Source: Patescibacteria group bacterium
Lineage (GTDB): Bacteria; Patescibacteriota; Patescibacteriia; Patescibacteriales; UBA12075
Direction: 5' to 3'
Assembly (NCBI GenBank): GCA_018897195.1
Contig: JAHILH010000001.1
Span: forward strand, 156,565-220,564
DNA: 64,000 nucleotides
Shown here piece by piece: positions 61,566-64,000 of the stretch; positions within the stretch are counted from its first letter, which is position 1, and every line of letters begins with the position of its first letter. The notes under the pieces are model-generated. The model ran no database searches, was not told where the DNA came from, and worked only from the letters and a program-made list of their open reading frames with translations. The position numbers and the translations under genes were made by a program.

Positions 61566-63194
61566 TTATGAGAACAATATTTTATTTACCAAATTATTGC
61601 TTTCTAACCACTCCAAGATATCCACAATCTGTCCATCTAATTTTTTTTGATTAAAATTCTTTGGTAATTTCTTGGCTAAAAATGCGTGTTTGCGTTTTTT
61701 GCGCAACTCTTTCGTTGTAGGAATTGGCTGACCACCTCCACCAAGGCAACCGTCGGGGCATGACATAATTTCCAAATAGCTGTATTTTTCCAAGTGATTA
61801 ATGATTTTATTAACCTCACCAATCCCCTTCAGCGATGCCAATTCTTTACCACTTTCATTTTGCAACAACAAAACTTCATCTAGATTGTGGATGTTTTGTT
61901 TGCCATCGACCTTGGTAATTTGATTAGCCAATTTTAAGCGCCCTAATATTGATGCAAAAACACTAGTGGAAAATAAATCTGCTAATTCATTATTTAGTGA
62001 ATCGATATTTTTTATTTTGCTTTTAGTTAAATCAAGTTTATGTTTTTTTAATAAAAAAGAGAGTTCACGCAGAGTTAGAACATAATCAACTGGCCACAAG
62101 CCATTGAACTGCATTTTCTTTTCCACAATTTCATTTTTTCTTGCCACGCAAACACCGATACTTATTACTGAAATTTTTTCCGGGTCCAGCTTTTGCTTGT
62201 CCGCCCAATAAGTTTTTATTAAACCCCCCATAACCATAGCCGGTGATTTAATTTTTTGTAAATTTTTTGCCAAGGCTGGTTGGTATTGTTTGATGTAATT
62301 AACTGTAGCTGGACAATGAGAGCCGATCATTACTTCCCCGCCGTTGTTTTCTAAAATGTGTTCAGATTGAAGGTGTGCATTAATCTCGACACCAAGTGCG
62401 GAATTAAAAACATAATTAACACCCATTTGTTTTAGAGCGGCTGCCACTGAATTTAATTCTATATTTTTCATGTCAAAATTCTCACCAATGCTAAGCTCCA
62501 TTATTGGATCTAGAATTACCACCACAGTTTTTTGTTTATCTTTTATTTCCCGTTCCAGGTCCTCGTAATTAGTTTGCTCTTGAATGGCACTAACTGGGCA
62601 ATGAAGCGCGCATTGACCGCAAAGAATACAGGGATTTTTTTTGCTATCTTTAAAATCAACTTCTTGACCATGGCCTTTGCCACGCATCACTAAGCAGTCA
62701 AGTTTTTGTAAGTCCTGACAAGCGGAAATGCAATTACGGCAATCAATACATTGTGTGCCATCAATCTCTAGCGCATTTTTAAGTTTATGAATTTGGCGAT
62801 TCTTTTTGCGATCAGTAAAACGAACGATTTTAGTTTGGTATTTTTGAGCAAACTCTAATAGCTTGCATTCAAAACGCCAGACGCAAGTCGCGCATTTTTC
62901 CACGTGCTCAGCGTAAATCAATTCAATATTTACATTGCGGACTTTTTTAATTTTATCAGATTCGGTCATGATTTCCATACCCGCACTTGCCTTAGTGGAA
63001 CAAGAGGTTACCAGTTTATTGTTACCTTTCACTTCTACGACACAAACACGACAATTGCCCTTGGCACAAAAATCCTTGTGGTGGCAAAGGGTTGGTATTT
63101 CAATTCCATTTCGTTCAGCCACTTCCAAAATAGTCTCGCCCTCCGTGCCAGTCATTTTTTGATTGTTGATTTTAAGTTTAATTTTATTTATCAT
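61566..63194 (-). CDS. [FeFe]-hydrogenase-like protein (2Fe-2S + 4Fe-4S ferredoxin domains + divergent H-cluster domain)
   Basis: N-terminal 2Fe-2S fold (CHHKDFCAKGNCRVCVVEV). CIDCRNCISAC and CILCGQCALHCP. H-domain motifs GSHCPAT, IGVCVARKNE and EIMSCPDGCLGGGGQPIP. Confidence 0.85.
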   Translation of the reverse strand: MINKIKLKINNQKMTGTEGETILEVAERNGIEIPTLCHHKDFCAKGNCRVCVVEVKGNNKLVTSCSTKASAGMEIMTESDKIKKVRNVNIELIYAEHVEKCATCVWRFECKLLEFAQKYQTKIVRFTDRKKNRQIHKLKNALEIDGTQCIDCRNCISACQDLQKLDCLVMRGKGHGQEVDFKDSKKNPCILCGQCALHCPVSAIQEQTNYEDLEREIKDKQKTVVVILDPIMELSIGENFDMKNIELNSVAAALKQMGVNYVFNSALGVEINAHLQSEHILENNGGEVMIGSHCPATVNYIKQYQPALAKNLQKIKSPAMVMGGLIKTYWADKQKLDPEKISVISIGVCVARKNEIVEKKMQFNGLWPVDYVLTLRELSFLLKKHKLDLTKSKIKNIDSLNNELADLFSTSVFASILGRLKLANQITKVDGKQNIHNLDEVLLLQNESGKELASLKGIGEVNKIINHLEKYSYLEIMSCPDGCLGGGGQPIPTTKELRKKRKHAFLAKKLPKNFNQKKLDGQIVDILEWLESNNLVNKILFS

Positions 63195-63236
63195 ATAAAA
63201 ATTATATACACTAATTAATCTTCTTCGCCCGTTCTA

Positions 63237-63306
63237 CCTCACCCCGCCCTCTTTATAATTAGTCGGACGAGGATTACGTTAACCCTCTCCTGCAAAGGAG
63301 AGGGAT
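63237..63306 (+). repeat. GC-rich intergenic repeat, copy B
   Basis: cctcaccccgccctctttataattagtcggacgaggattacgttaaccctctcc (63237-63290) matches copy A at 49 of 54 positions. The hairpin CCCTCTCC-tgcaaa-GGAGAGGG ends at 63304. Confidence 0.6.
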
Positions 63307-63370
63307 CTATTACCCAACGCCGATTATAAATAAAAAAATTGTTTTTTAAAGGAAGTAATATCTACTAGTT

Positions 63371-63404
63371 CCCTCGCCCCGCCGGGAGAGGGTTAGGGTG
63401 AGGG
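63371..63404 (-). repeat. inverted short form of the GC-rich repeat (copy C)
   Basis: ccctcgccccgccgggagagggttagggtgaggg. Its reverse complement resembles copy A with the internal segment of about 35 nt removed. Confidence 0.5.
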
Positions 63405-63408
63405 AACA

Positions 63409-64000
63409 TTAAATATATTTCTCCTCACTATAATATGGATAAACAATCGACACCATGGCTCCAACCAAGAAATACCAAATAAAATCTTCGATTGGAATCC
63501 CAATAAATAATATCCCTGACAACTTCTCCAACATCCAGGTGTGTTCAACCCAACCAGGAGAAACGAATATCATCAACAAATAAATCGGCAACGAGATCAA
63601 TATCATCATTACCCCGCTCATTAAAGATATTTTAATCAAATCCGTACGTTTTATTAAAATGTAAATAATGGCTGTCAAAATTCCAATCGAATTAGCGTAA
63701 AAAGAATTCCAATCAAACATTTTGAATAAAACCAATGTGATAATTCCTGTAGAAATTAGTGGAATTGCAATGCGCGCCCAACTTGCCTGTCCTCTGCTTT
63801 TAATTTTTAAAAATAATAAATACCAAATCGCTGCAATACCAGCATTACTAAAACCTAATAAAAAATCTTCAACACCGACACGATAGCCGAAGATAGTTTC
63901 CGGTCGCCACCAGTCGGCAGTATAGACCAGCCCGAAAGTAACTCCCAAAATGGCATACAATAAACTAATCAATAACAATCTTTGACGATATTCTTTTAAT
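63409..64000 (-). CDS. membrane protein with two lycopene-cyclase-domain-like motifs (probably 5'-truncated by the window edge)
   Basis: Polytopic. GVEDFLLGF and IPIEDFIWYF resemble the PxE(E/D) motifs of CrtYc/Yd-type lycopene cyclase domains. The frame stays open upstream of the TTG at 63978 to the window end. Confidence 0.5.
   Translation of the reverse strand, partial: LKEYRQRLLLISLLYAILGVTFGLVYTADWWRPETIFGYRVGVEDFLLGFSNAGIAAIWYLLFLKIKSRGQASWARIAIPLISTGIITLVLFKMFDWNSFYANSIGILTAIIYILIKRTDLIKISLMSGVMMILISLPIYLLMIFVSPGWVEHTWMLEKLSGILFIGIPIEDFIWYFLVGAMVSIVYPYYSEEKYI

Noticed and set aside
62904-63218. Plus-strand ORFs of 104 and 75 aa at the 5' end of the hydrogenase-like gene
   Set aside because: They are antisense to the ferredoxin-domain coding region, whose Cys motifs confirm the minus-strand frame.

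Overview
The window is an AT-rich bacterial chromosome segment. GC in 60-nt blocks I counted by hand ranged from about 23% to 60%. Genes are tightly packed, and there are no rRNA genes, CRISPR arrays or recognisable transposases. About half the window is housekeeping: thrS behind a T-box leader, gyrB, clpB behind a perfect CIRCE operator, gltX, serS, lysS, typA, two tandem tRNA-Glu genes, tatD, and a reduced cell-wall cluster (mraY-ftsW-murG-murC). The rest is accessory or envelope-related. (a) At 3.65-8.1 kb, four exported proteins of unknown function sit together: two lipoproteins, a LysM protein with a beta-strand-rich C-terminus, and one secreted protein. All have strong Shine-Dalgarno sites. 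A partial MlaA/VacJ-like lipoprotein lies at the left edge. (b) At 32.8-34.5 kb, a 52-aa peptide ending in CCACTACTACR has its own consensus promoter and terminator. It sits directly upstream of a half-size, partly degenerate UvrA-like ABC ATPase. (c) At 40.0-51.9 kb there is a type IV pilus locus: pilB, pilC, a 1,366-aa prepilin-like protein, two more prepilin-like proteins, pilM, pilN, pilO. No secretin, pilD, pilT or obvious major pilin lies in the window. (d) At 51.8-61.2 kb, a minus-strand surface cluster encodes three glycosyltransferases, a UXS-like dehydratase, an S8 protease with FG-GAP-like repeats, an apparently inactive HtrA-PDZ homolog and membrane proteins. (e) At 61.6-63.2 kb there is a divergent [FeFe]-hydrogenase-like protein. 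Non-coding signals include a GC-rich repeat present at two loci 44 kb apart (54 nt, 5 mismatches), several long perfect palindromes, and promoter -10 boxes 5-9 nt from start codons that suggest leaderless mRNAs. The gene content resembles small-genome uncultivated lineages (CPR/Patescibacteria-like), but I cannot establish taxonomy from this sequence. All functional calls come from motif reading by eye, with no database search.
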